64,000 bases of DNA from Candidatus Latescibacterota bacterium (GCA_965248755.1 OZ252149.1:1440001-1504000), one strand, 5' to 3'. Positions 40,192 through 50,723 are shown, counted from the first letter of the stretch. Program-made: numbers and translations. Notes: generated by a model from the letters alone, not told the origin.

Positions 40192-41367
40192 ATGCAGATC
40201 AAGGACGTAAAGTTTTACATCCTCGAAGGCGAGCCGAGTGGGAGGCACGTCAGAGGCTCAGCCCCCATTGAGAAGGTACCTCCTGGATTGTCGGGACTCT
40301 TTACTCATTCGTATGGCATTCGTGGGGAAGAGTCGGAACATAATCCTGAACTCATAGAGTACAGGGACGATACCCTAATGCCCACATATACCTCTATGAT
40401 GCGTTTGGTTACGGATGGGGATCTGGATGCCTACATGGGATTCGGCAGTGGTTTTCACCGTGACGAACTGGAGTGGGAGGCAAAACGGATCAAAGCGACC
40501 ACTGCCACTCTGTTGATAGGCGTGGACGCTTTCGACCGGGAATACATCTGGCAGAGATTGTGGTACGCCAAACGGTTCTCCTACCCCCGAATTAGCGCAA
40601 AGATAGACTTTATGCTGTGGGATCTGGCCAGTCGACATGCCAAGCTGCCGCTCTACAAGCTATTAGGAGGTTATAGAGAGGAGATTCCAGTGTACCAGAA
40701 TATCGTCGGTGTAACGATAGACGATCTGGTCGCGAAAGCTCTGCAGGCCAAGGAGGAAGGGTATGTTGGGTGTAAGGATCACTCCACTCGCGGTGTGGAA
40801 GGAAATATCGAAATGGCACAGGAGCTCCGCGCCGCAGTGGGAGATGATTTTCTCTTAATGCACGATCCTGTAGAGAACTATACCTACAACGATGCCGTAA
40901 AGGTTGGACGAGCTTTGGAGAAACTCAACTATTCCTGGATGGAGGAACCTCTTCAAGATTGGGATTTTATGGGACTCAAGAAATTATGCGATACATTGGA
41001 TTTACCGATATTAGCTTTAGAGTGGTCAGGAGCAGTAACCGGAGGACAGCCGTATAACGCATCCGGATTTTTGGCCATGCAGGCTGTGGACATCGTTCGT
41101 CAACGTGGGAAGGATATAACGGCACAGATGAAGCTGGCCCATCTGGCCGAGAGCTTCGGGGTCAATGTGCACGGTGGAGACCCCAACGTAATCCTGGCCA
41201 TAAAGAACGATCCGATATTCGAGAAGAGCGTCGGCATGGGCACGTTGAGAACAGCAAGCGGCAGAGCCGTCGTTGAAGATGGCTATATGTCCATCGATTA
41301 CAAGGATCATCCCGTAGAGGAACCGAATTGGGACGAGATCGAAAAGAAAGCGTTGGTGGTAATCTGA
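40192..41367 (+). CDS. Enolase-superfamily enzyme, tandem paralog 1
   Basis: LWDLASRHAKLPLYKLLGG, CKDH, MHD, WMEEP, ALE, NVHG. Start MQIKDV is shared by all four copies. Confidence 0.88.
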   Translation: MQIKDVKFYILEGEPSGRHVRGSAPIEKVPPGLSGLFTHSYGIRGEESEHNPELIEYRDDTLMPTYTSMMRLVTDGDLDAYMGFGSGFHRDELEWEAKRIKATTATLLIGVDAFDREYIWQRLWYAKRFSYPRISAKIDFMLWDLASRHAKLPLYKLLGGYREEIPVYQNIVGVTIDDLVAKALQAKEEGYVGCKDHSTRGVEGNIEMAQELRAAVGDDFLLMHDPVENYTYNDAVKVGRALEKLNYSWMEEPLQDWDFMGLKKLCDTLDLPILALEWSGAVTGGQPYNASGFLAMQAVDIVRQRGKDITAQMKLAHLAESFGVNVHGGDPNVILAIKNDPIFEKSVGMGTLRTASGRAVVEDGYMSIDYKDHPVEEPNWDEIEKKALVVI

Positions 41368-41517
41368 GCTGTAGAAAAGCTTGCGGATGAATCAGTAGAT
41401 CAAGGAATTAACATAAGGAACTATTGTAATAACGGACAAACGTAAGCGCGACCGCTTCGTGGTGTACTGCCTACGCTTCATCCTCACCTGGCCACGTTAA
41501 CAAGAGAGGTTCTTTCA

Positions 41518-42708
41518 ATGCAGATCAAGGACGTAAAGTTTTACATCCTCGAAGGCGAGCCGAGTGGGAGGCACGTCAGAGGCTCAGGCCCCATTGAGAA
41601 GGTACCTCCTGGATTGTCGGGACTCTTTACTCATTCGTATGGCATTCGTGGGGAAGAGTCGGAACATAATCCTGAACTCATAGAGTACAAGGACGATACT
41701 CTGATGCCGACCTACAGCTCTATGATGCGTTTGGTTACGGATGGGGATCTGGATGCCTACATGGGATTCGGCAGTGGTTTTCACCGTGACGAACTGGAGT
41801 GGCAGGCAAAAACCTTCAAGGCGTACACTGCCCGACTGTTAATAGGCGTGGACGCTTTAGACCGGGAATACATCTGGCAGAGATTGTGGTACGCAAGACG
41901 GTTCTCCTACCCGATAAGTGGGCAGATAGACAATATGCTGTGGGATCTGGCAAGTCGACATGCCAAGCTGCCGCTCTACAAGCTATTAGGAGGTTACAGA
42001 GAGGAGATTCCAGTGTACCAGAATATCGTCGGTGTAACGATAGACGATCTGGTCGCGGAAGCTCTGCAGGCCAAGGAGGAAGGGTATGTTGGGTGTAAGG
42101 ATCACTCCTATCGCGGTGTGGAAGGAAATATCGAAATGGCACAGGAGCTCCGCGCCGCAGTGGGAGATGATTTTCTCTTAATGCACGATCCTGTAGAGAA
42201 CTATACCTACAACGATGCCGTAAAGGTTGGACGAGCTTTGGAGAAACTCAACTATTCCTGGATGGAGGAGCCTCTTCAGGACTGGGACTTTATGGGACTC
42301 AAGAAGTTATGCGACACATTGGATTTGCCGATTTTAGCTTTAGAGTGGTCAGGAGCAGTAACCGGAGGACAGCCGTTTAGCGCATCTTCATTTTTGGCCA
42401 TGCAGGCTGTGGACATCGTTCGTCAACGTGGGTGGAGTATAACGGCAGAGATGAAGGTAGTCCATCTGGCCGAGAGCTTCGGAGTCAATGTGCACGGGGG
42501 AAATCCCCATGTAGTGCTGGCTACAAGAAACGATCCAACATTCGAGCTGACCTCCTTGCATGGAGCAGGTGCTCCGAGCGATGAGAAACTTACTGTCCGG
42601 GGTAGACCTGTCGTTGAAAACGGATATTTGTACATCGCTTGGGCGGACAATCCTGTAGAGGAACCGAATTGGGACGAGATCGAAAAGAGAGCTTTGGCGG
42701 TAATCTGA
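41518..42708 (+). CDS. Enolase-superfamily enzyme, tandem paralog 2
   Basis: Same motifs as paralog 1. Confidence 0.88.
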   Translation: MQIKDVKFYILEGEPSGRHVRGSGPIEKVPPGLSGLFTHSYGIRGEESEHNPELIEYKDDTLMPTYSSMMRLVTDGDLDAYMGFGSGFHRDELEWQAKTFKAYTARLLIGVDALDREYIWQRLWYARRFSYPISGQIDNMLWDLASRHAKLPLYKLLGGYREEIPVYQNIVGVTIDDLVAEALQAKEEGYVGCKDHSYRGVEGNIEMAQELRAAVGDDFLLMHDPVENYTYNDAVKVGRALEKLNYSWMEEPLQDWDFMGLKKLCDTLDLPILALEWSGAVTGGQPFSASSFLAMQAVDIVRQRGWSITAEMKVVHLAESFGVNVHGGNPHVVLATRNDPTFELTSLHGAGAPSDEKLTVRGRPVVENGYLYIAWADNPVEEPNWDEIEKRALAVI

Positions 42709-42902
42709 GGTCTAGAAAAGACTGCGGATGAACCAGTAGATCAAGGAATTAACAGAAGGAATTATTGTAATAACGGACAAATGTAAGCGCGACCGCTTCG
42801 TGGTTTACTGCCGCCGCTTTGTCCTCCCTGACAAAGCTCCCGTGGCGTCTCGTCCGTACAAAAACACATTCCGTAATCACATTAACAAGAGAGATTCTTT
42901 CC

Positions 42903-44096
42903 ATGCAGATCAAGGACGTAAAGTTTTATATCCTCGAGGGAAAGCCGAGTGGGAGGCACGTCAGAGGCTCAGGACCTATTGAGAAGGTACCTCCTGGATT
43001 ATCTGGACTCTTTACTCATTCGTATGGCATTCGTGGCAAAGAGTCGGAACATAATCCTGAACTCTTAGAGTACAGGGACGATACCCTAATGCCCACATAT
43101 ACCTCGATGATGCGTATGGTCACCGATGGGGACCTGGATGCCTACACCGGAATCGGCAGTGGTTTTCATCGTGACGAACTGGAGTGGCAGGCCAAACACA
43201 TCAAAGCGACCACTGCCACTCTGTTGATAGGCGTGGACGCTTTCGACCGGGAATACATCTGGCAGAGATTGTGGTATGCAAAACGGTTCTCCTATCCAAG
43301 AATTGAAGACAAGATAGACTTTATGCTGTGGGATCTTGCCAGTCGACACGCCAAATTGCCGCTCTACAAGCTATTAGGAGGTTACAGGGAGAGGATTCCA
43401 GCGTACGAGAACATCGTAGGTGTAACGATAGACGATCTGGTCGCAGAAGCTGTGCTGGCAAAGGAGCAAGGGTTTGTTGGGTGTAAGGATCACTCCTATC
43501 GCGGTGTGAATGGGAATATCAAAATGGCACAGGAGCTCCGCGCCGCAGTGGGAGATGATTTTCTCTTAATGCACGATCCTGTCGAGAACTATACCTACAA
43601 CGATGCCGTAAAGGTTGGACGAGCTTTAGAGAAACTCAACTATTCGTGGATGGAGGAACCTCTTCAAGATTGGGATTTGATGGGACTTAAGAAGTTATGC
43701 GATACGTTGGATTTACCGATATTAGCTTTAGAGTGGTCAGGAGCAGTAACCGGAGGACAGCCCTATAACGCATCCGGATTTTTGGCTATGCAGGCTGTAG
43801 ACATCGTGCGCCAGCGCGGGAAGGACATAACAGCACAGTTGAAGGTGGCCCATCTGGCCGAGAGCTTCGGGGTCAATGTGCACGGTGGAGCCCCCCATGT
43901 AGTCCTGGCTATAAAAAACGATCCAGTATTTGAGGCTGCCTCCTGGGGAACAGCAAGGGATCTTACCGATGCAAAACTTACTTTCCAGGGCACGGCAGTC
44001 GTTGAAGATGGCTATATGTACATCGCTTGCGGGGATCATCCTGTAGAGGAACCGAATTGGGACGAGATCGAAAAGAAAGCTCTGGAGATAATCTGA
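42903..44096 (+). CDS. Enolase-superfamily enzyme, tandem paralog 3
   Basis: Same motifs as paralog 1. Confidence 0.88.
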   Translation: MQIKDVKFYILEGKPSGRHVRGSGPIEKVPPGLSGLFTHSYGIRGKESEHNPELLEYRDDTLMPTYTSMMRMVTDGDLDAYTGIGSGFHRDELEWQAKHIKATTATLLIGVDAFDREYIWQRLWYAKRFSYPRIEDKIDFMLWDLASRHAKLPLYKLLGGYRERIPAYENIVGVTIDDLVAEAVLAKEQGFVGCKDHSYRGVNGNIKMAQELRAAVGDDFLLMHDPVENYTYNDAVKVGRALEKLNYSWMEEPLQDWDLMGLKKLCDTLDLPILALEWSGAVTGGQPYNASGFLAMQAVDIVRQRGKDITAQLKVAHLAESFGVNVHGGAPHVVLAIKNDPVFEAASWGTARDLTDAKLTFQGTAVVEDGYMYIACGDHPVEEPNWDEIEKKALEII

Positions 44097-44247
44097 AGAT
44101 TAGAAAGAGACTGCAAACGAACGTGCAGATCAAAGAATTAACATAAGGAATTATTGTAATAATGGACAAATGTAAGCGCGACCGCTTCGTGGTTTACTGC
44201 CTCCGCTTCATCCTCGCCTCACCACGTTAACAAGAGAGGTTCTCGCA

Positions 44248-45423
44248 ATGCAGATCAAGGACGTAAAGTTTTATATCCTCGAGGGCGAGCCTAGCGACAG
44301 GCACGTCAAAAACACAGAATCTGTTGAGAAGGTACCTCCTGGATTGTCAGGAATCTTTACACGTTCGCATGGCATTCTTGGCACAGACTCGGATTATAAT
44401 GAAGAACTCATAGAGTACAAGGATGATACTCCAACGCCGACATACAACTCTATGATGCGTCTGGTCACCAATGGGGATCTGGATGCCTACACTGGATTCA
44501 ACAGTGGTTTTCACCGTGACAACCTGGAGTGGGAGGCAAAACAGATCAAAGCGACCACTGCCACTCTGTTGATAGGCGTGGACGCTTTAGACCGGGAATA
44601 CATCTGGCAGAGATTGTGGTACGCCAAACGGTTCTCCTACCCCCGAATTAGCGCGAAGATAGACTTTATGCTGTGGGATCTGGCTAGTCGACACGCCAAG
44701 CAACCCCTCTACAAGCTATTAGGAGGTTACAGGGAGAAGATTCCAGCGTACCGGAATCTCCCCGATGGAACGATAGACGATCTGGTCGCAGAAGCTGTAC
44801 AGTTCAAGGAAGAAGGGTTTAAGGGGTGTAAGGATCACTCCTATGGCGGTGTGAAGAGGAATATCGAACTGGCACAGGAACTCCGCGCCGCAGTGGGAGA
44901 TGATTTTCTCTTAATGCACGATCCTGTCCAGAACTATACGTACAACGATGCGGTAAAGGTGGGACGAGCTTTGGAGAAACTCAACTATTCGTGGATGGAG
45001 GAACCCCTCCAAGATTGGGACTTAATGGGACTCAAGAAGTTATGCGATACATTGGATTTACCGATATTGGCTTTAGAGTGGTCAGGCGCGGTAACAGCAG
45101 GACAGCCGTATAACGCCTCGGGATTTTTGGCCATGCAGGCTGTGGACATCGTTCGTCAACGTGGGAAGGATATAACGGCACAGATGAAGCTGGCCCATCT
45201 GGCCGAGAGCTTCGGGGTCAATGTGCACGGTGGAGACCCCAACGTAATCCTGGCCATAAAGAACGATCCGATATTCGAGAAGGGCGTCGGCATGGGCACA
45301 TTGGGAACAGCAAGCGGCAGGGCCGTCGTCGAAGATGGCTATATGTCCATCGATTACAAGGATCATCCCGTAGAGGAACCGAATTGGGACGAGATCGAAG
45401 AGAAAGCTCTGGTGGTAATCTGA
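44248..45423 (+). CDS. Enolase-superfamily enzyme, tandem paralog 4
   Basis: Same motifs as paralog 1. Confidence 0.88.
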   Translation: MQIKDVKFYILEGEPSDRHVKNTESVEKVPPGLSGIFTRSHGILGTDSDYNEELIEYKDDTPTPTYNSMMRLVTNGDLDAYTGFNSGFHRDNLEWEAKQIKATTATLLIGVDALDREYIWQRLWYAKRFSYPRISAKIDFMLWDLASRHAKQPLYKLLGGYREKIPAYRNLPDGTIDDLVAEAVQFKEEGFKGCKDHSYGGVKRNIELAQELRAAVGDDFLLMHDPVQNYTYNDAVKVGRALEKLNYSWMEEPLQDWDLMGLKKLCDTLDLPILALEWSGAVTAGQPYNASGFLAMQAVDIVRQRGKDITAQMKLAHLAESFGVNVHGGDPNVILAIKNDPIFEKGVGMGTLGTASGRAVVEDGYMSIDYKDHPVEEPNWDEIEEKALVVI

Positions 45424-45638
45424 CGCTTGATCAGAAAGGATATCGGCGAAATAAGCAAAACTGTCTTCGGAAGAGGGATGGCAAAGCGGTTTCAGAATGA
45501 AAAGGTAACTGAAAGGGTGTGCTATCGGGTCCGGACTACCCCCCGAGTCTGAAACTGCCGGTAAACGACATTCAGGATCAGGAGCCGAAGTAACAAAGGT
45601 CTTTTAAGGGAACAGACGAGCGGCGGATTCTCTCGACG

Positions 45639-45775
45639 GGGTTCATCGGCCGAGAGTAGGAACCGTACAGATTCCGGCAGGCGTGCAAAAAAGGGGAGAC
45701 ACGTGTTCCTGTTTCAGGGCTTTGGTGAAATAGGGAAGAGCACGCTGGCGTTCAAGGCCCTGCCAATGCTGACGA
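45639..45775 (+). pseudogene. Remnant of a STAND/NB-ARC-type P-loop NTPase
   Basis: Manual translation GFIGRE*E...(frameshift)...HVFLFQGFGEIGKSTLAFK, resembling FVGRE...G.GGIGKSTLA. Confidence 0.5.
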
Positions 45776-46157
45776 ACGGAAGACCCGAGTTAGGTCAGAG
45801 GCCCTTCTAAGATCAGTGGATCGGCGTTGTCCAGACGGTAGTCAGTTCCTAAGAAATGTTCCTGCCAACTTGAGTTCACCCTCCAGTTAATTGAGAGCTT
45901 TTGTCAAGTATTTATTTAGTTCCTATAACAATTCTTCTGTCTACCTGTCTGAGGCGCGTTTAAGGAAAGCAAGCACTACTGGAACAGTCTCGAACACGAA
46001 CGCAGCATTCCTGAGACCCCCCTTGCTGCTGAAAACAGCGCGAGTACGGGTCAGCGGGTTGAGGTGGACGACTTCCTGTGAAGGAGGCTGACGGCAGGCT
46101 GAGCCCGTAACATCAAATGACTAAGCAGACCGTCTAACGGACGAAAGGGGATCTCAA

Positions 46158-47021
46158 ATGAGCGATCCACTGCGTATACTCTCGGTAGGAGCACACCCAG
46201 CCGACATCTTCGACCAATCTGGGGGAACCATGGCCCACCACGCCAGTCGTGGCGACTACGTCGGCTGTGTGGTGATGACCCATGGAGCACGAGTGCACGA
46301 CGAAGTGATCAGCAATTCGATGTTTCACCGTGACGAGGTCCCGGAAAGTGAAGAGCTTGTGCGGCTCATGGGAGAGCGGTCAGATGTTAAGGCCGAGGAG
46401 ACTCGCGGGGCCTGCGAGATATTAGGGGTAGAGGACATACACTTTTTCGGAGCCGACGATGCAGTGCAACTGGTCACCGAGGAGACTGTGCGGCGTCTGG
46501 CGCGACTGTTCCGTGAATTGAGACCTGATATCCTCCTGACCCACTTCCCGAAGGAAAACGACGGACTGGTGAATGCACATGCCATCACCGGGCAGACGGT
46601 CTTGGCCGCCATAAATCTGTCCGGCAGCGTTGAACCGGGAGATCGGCATCCACCTCACCGGGTGGCACAGGTCTTTTTCTATGGAGCGGGTGCGGCCTCC
46701 ATTCGCCGGAATCTGTGGGACTCTGAAGGCGGTTACTACAACGACGTGTTCGTCGACATCACGGACGTGGTGGACAAGAAGCTGGCGGCCTTGGACTGCA
46801 TGGTGAGCCAGGGCTACGCCGGAGCGTATGCGCGCAAGCGGATCGAGGCCAACGACGGGGCCTTTGGCATGTGCGGCCACTGCGCCTACGCGGAAGGCTT
46901 TATCTCGATGAACGCGGAGACCCATCACTACCTCCCGCTTACCGAAAACGCGCTCCAGACAGCGCGGTCCTCGGATCACGAGGTCATAGACCGAACATCC
47001 TATCGCATACCCGTGGATTGA
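46158..47021 (+). CDS. PIG-L/LmbE-family deacetylase-like protein
   Basis: ILSVGAHPAD, GGTMA, MTHG, ACEILG, RPDILLTH, FVDITDVVDKKLAAL, YAEGF. Confidence 0.85.
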   Translation: MSDPLRILSVGAHPADIFDQSGGTMAHHASRGDYVGCVVMTHGARVHDEVISNSMFHRDEVPESEELVRLMGERSDVKAEETRGACEILGVEDIHFFGADDAVQLVTEETVRRLARLFRELRPDILLTHFPKENDGLVNAHAITGQTVLAAINLSGSVEPGDRHPPHRVAQVFFYGAGAASIRRNLWDSEGGYYNDVFVDITDVVDKKLAALDCMVSQGYAGAYARKRIEANDGAFGMCGHCAYAEGFISMNAETHHYLPLTENALQTARSSDHEVIDRTSYRIPVD

Positions 47022-47535
47022 GGACCAGTGACCCACGAGCGCTCACGCACGCAAAGATTTGCAGTCAAGTTTAGCCACCTCATGTGCGTCGTGACGCCAA
47101 GATTCTTCATGCGTTCCCATCTCCGAATGATCCATCTTTAGCCGAAAGTATCTCGGTAAACTTCACGTACCCTTTCTTCCGCGTCCACGCCAGCGGTGTA
47201 GTCCATGCTTCATCGTCGGGAAGTCCGCATCCACCGGAGCATTGACTCTGACGAGAGCATCTTTCTTCCGGGAGTTCACTCTTTTGTACGGATGCTCAGG
47301 ACCGACAAGAGCAAGCGGAGCGCAGAGAACCTGCTGGCACCGTTGGCGGTTCCCGAGGCGCTGCAAAAGTACATTTCCGGCAAGGGCAGGATCAGCGTTT
47401 CCTTCTAATGAAGATCATGACCGAATCGAACCGACACCGATGTATTTGCTTACATGGAACAGATAAAATCGAAGCTGGAGAAACGGGGGAACTTGGGGGC
47501 CTTGGTCTCCAGAGAAAATCTTGAGAGGGAAGACT

Positions 47536-47770
47536 TAGCCCGAATAGTTCACAAAAAAAGGACGTGTATTAATTAAGGGATTGTATTATATTATAGTTAT
47601 GCCGTTTAACCACCTTCGGTGTCATTGCGAGCCGGAGGCGAAGCAATCCCGATTCTGTGGTAGATGTAATACTCTCCGGCTCTCATAGGAGATCACTATA
47701 AAACCTTGAGATTGCTTCGTCGCTTTGCTCCTCGCAATGACTCCACCAAGTTTATGAATTAATCGGGTTA
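47536..47770 (+). mobile_element. 235-bp MITE-like element, copy 3
   Basis: TA-GCCCGAATAGTT...AATTAATCGGGT-TA; same length as copy 1. Confidence 0.85.
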
Positions 47771-47871
47771 GCAGAGAAAAGTATAAATTCCTGTCGAAGT
47801 TGTGGCTCACTGCTTCAGATGGCGTCTGCGCCCAAAGCTCACCGGGAATCCAGCGCCAGGGTGCTGGATGG

Positions 47872-49398
47872 TCATTTCTGTTCAATTTCGCTGATGTACT
47901 TCCACGCCTTGGCGCGGAGCTTGGAGAAGGACGCCACCGGCGGGTTCTGGGTGTCGGGACCGTCCCAGCCGCTCTCGTAGATGTTTGTTGGCCAGTAGGC
48001 GGTGTCATGCGGCCAGAAGTGCGGCGGCACCGACGCGCGCAATTCCTCGAGCCACTGCGCCGCCTTATGGAGAGTATAGTAATCTTCCCATTCCGGATCT
48101 GTAAAATTCGGGTGCGCGACCAGTTGCTCCAGATGTCGAAGCAACATGTAGTCGATAGCTCCGTCGCGCATGCCCTCGATGCCCACGGAGTCAATAGGGC
48201 CGTCGGGTCCTGCGACAGCGTGGCTGTGCTGGATGGCGAAGACGTCCTGCGGCCCGGCGAATTCACGTAAGTCGTGCGAGTACGCCCACACGAGCACACC
48301 CTCCGGACGGACGGCCCAGGCCCACAGCCCGGTCAGGTACCGGTGAATCGGCGCGTTGGTGCCGCGCATCGCCGACGTGTATATCCACAGCCAGGCACCC
48401 TGTTCCTGTGCCCGGCGTCGGATCTCTTCGTTCATGTGCTCGATATTCAGGATCCACATGTCGAGCGCATCTCCGAAGACCATTACGCTGTAACCCGGTA
48501 TGGCCGTCCCGCTGAGAACACCCAACTTGTGTGCGTCGGCTGCGTATTGGCGAACCAACTTCTCCCTGTGCAGGCCCGGCTCATCCACGTTGCCGCAGAC
48601 AAGGGGCGGCCACTGATCAGGGTAGCGCGCCAGCAGCTTGGCCTCGATGATGTGCTCTGGATGGACGGAGAGGCACAACAGCGGATGTTTCGGACCGATG
48701 AGTCCTTCCTCGATAGCGGCGTCGATGCGCCAAGCGATCCGCGCGGCAGTGTTGTCCTGCGTGGGTGCATGCGGTAGAGAAGCGTGCACGGTATCGGGCC
48801 GCGGAGTGAAGACGTTCAGCAGATGATCGCGCATGCTGCGCCGGATGAGCGGCTCCTCCTCCGGCCTGGGCCACGTGAACGGGTTGTAAAACCCCAGGCC
48901 GATGTCGGGCTTCGGCAGCGGCTGGGTGACCTCGAGGTTGATCGTTACGCCCTCAGCCACGGGCACGGTAAACTCTCCGGGCTTGTCGGCGTACAGTCTG
49001 ACAATGGGGTCCGGCCTGGGTCCGACGCGCCAGGGCAACAGCCACATAGGCACGAAACGCTCGCCACCTGCGACGAACGGTCGCTGGTCTCCCCAGAGCC
49101 AGAAAGTCTCGGCGCGCACTCCGTCCGGTGCTTCGACCTTCGTCTCCTGCACGTTGTGCAGCCGGAGCGTCGTAGCGGTACCGGCCGGCAGAATCACGCG
49201 CAGCGCATGAACCGGCGCAGCGCTCACCTCCGATACCTCGGTCGCACCCGGCGAAAGCTCGGCAGGAACTGCGGTCACGGACAATAGCAGCGCTATCACC
49301 GCCACCATAGCAATGACAAGGAACACTTCTATCCCTAGTTCATAAATCGGCTGGTCTGTCTCTTGATGTAACTTGGCTGCAATCTGAAGAGCTTTCAT
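47872..49398 (-). CDS. GC-rich hypothetical exported protein with DUF4091/GH123-like C-terminal motif
   Basis: VDEP, GVLVWAY, GPIDSVGIEGMRDGAIDYMLL resembling S.R.E.LR.G..DY; hydrophobic N-terminal segment. Confidence 0.6.
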   Translation of the reverse strand: MKALQIAAKLHQETDQPIYELGIEVFLVIAMVAVIALLLSVTAVPAELSPGATEVSEVSAAPVHALRVILPAGTATTLRLHNVQETKVEAPDGVRAETFWLWGDQRPFVAGGERFVPMWLLPWRVGPRPDPIVRLYADKPGEFTVPVAEGVTINLEVTQPLPKPDIGLGFYNPFTWPRPEEEPLIRRSMRDHLLNVFTPRPDTVHASLPHAPTQDNTAARIAWRIDAAIEEGLIGPKHPLLCLSVHPEHIIEAKLLARYPDQWPPLVCGNVDEPGLHREKLVRQYAADAHKLGVLSGTAIPGYSVMVFGDALDMWILNIEHMNEEIRRRAQEQGAWLWIYTSAMRGTNAPIHRYLTGLWAWAVRPEGVLVWAYSHDLREFAGPQDVFAIQHSHAVAGPDGPIDSVGIEGMRDGAIDYMLLRHLEQLVAHPNFTDPEWEDYYTLHKAAQWLEELRASVPPHFWPHDTAYWPTNIYESGWDGPDTQNPPVASFSKLRAKAWKYISEIEQK

Positions 49399-49633
49399 AT
49401 TTCAGTCCCCGCTTTTTTCCATGGTTCGTTCAGCTTCTTCATCGCCGCCACGTCTAACTGACTGGATTTTCAACTATCATGGGCCGGATGAGCGCATGCA
49501 GGTGGGTCATACCGCCCACCTTTTCCCCGGCGAGCGTCCGTAAGGCATAGTGCATGGGCTGCATCCAGGCCGGCTGTAGAAATTCGATCATCGGATCTGG
49601 TTCGCCCAGCTTCTCGGTTTTTCTGATTATGCG

Positions 49634-50590
49634 TTAGGCTTCGGTTTCCTGTCCTTCAAAGAGTCGATCCCAATCGTGATGCGATCGCGCCACGCTCTCG
49701 GGATTCTTAAGGCTGCGGACGACAAAGCCGGGCACATGAGGACGACCAGTTGGAAGCCCAATTGCGCTATAGCGAGTATCGACGCTCCATCTTATGGTGT
49801 TAGACGTGTTGGATAACGATCGATGCACCAACCGTTCCGTCGTCATCAAGACGTCCCCTACATTCACTTCACCCGTCACGATTCCACAGTCCGGCAAATC
49901 GGCATCCGCAATGCCTATATTTTCCCTATCACCGGGAAGAGGAATCCGAGCATTATGGGGCAACAGACCCAAACGATGCGATCCCCTCATCATCTGCATA
50001 CAGCCATTTTCGGACGTAGCCGTCACAAGAGGAATCCAGAAATTCGCAACCAGCGTATCCCCCGCTTCTTCCGGTGTCAGGAATGCCAGATCCTGGTGCC
50101 AGGGGATGACGGTCTCTTCCTGATCCGGTAATTTTGTGCGTATGTTGAACGTCGGGTGGCCTAAAATCTCTGGACCGATTACTGATTCCAAGACATCCAG
50201 CAGAGACGGCCAGGTTCTAAGTATGAACATCCCGGCCGTACGGGGTTTCTGTTTCTGGTCGGAGATATCCTGCTCGTAGAAATACTGTTCCCAGGGCCAG
50301 TTGCGCTCTGAGCAGGTCCTGCAGATAAGAGAGAGGCGCGTCTCAAAGGGCGCGTCTTCAAACGTGTTCGACGGGTCCAGGATCCGCCGCTTGACCGCCT
50401 CATGCGCAGCCTCGTCCACCTTCTGCTCCATTTCGTCAATCAACGGTCGAAGTGCCTCGCGTGGGAGCAGGTCGCGAACGATCAAAAAGCCATCGTCTAT
50501 AAACTGCTGGATTTGATTGGGCGTAAGACCTGATGCTGTTGATTGTTCTCGATCAGCAATCTGGTCCTCTGAACCCTCGACATCGGACAT
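49634..50590 (-). CDS. Phytanoyl-CoA dioxygenase (PhyH) family Fe/2OG enzyme
   Basis: FIDDGFL, PWHQD, WIPL...ENGC...GSH, VHRS, RWSVDTRY; start after AAAGGAGG. Confidence 0.9.
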   Translation of the reverse strand: MSDVEGSEDQIADREQSTASGLTPNQIQQFIDDGFLIVRDLLPREALRPLIDEMEQKVDEAAHEAVKRRILDPSNTFEDAPFETRLSLICRTCSERNWPWEQYFYEQDISDQKQKPRTAGMFILRTWPSLLDVLESVIGPEILGHPTFNIRTKLPDQEETVIPWHQDLAFLTPEEAGDTLVANFWIPLVTATSENGCMQMMRGSHRLGLLPHNARIPLPGDRENIGIADADLPDCGIVTGEVNVGDVLMTTERLVHRSLSNTSNTIRWSVDTRYSAIGLPTGRPHVPGFVVRSLKNPESVARSHHDWDRLFEGQETEA

Positions 50591-50723
50591 ATAATGCCTC
50601 CTTTCTGGAACCAAGGTTTTCTCCAAAAATAGGTTGACGATTCTAGGTGCAGTTGGACCTTCTTGAACGCTGAAAAAATGATCAAGTTAATTCTGGTTGA
50701 TCCCACGCCGGCGGACGATCCTG

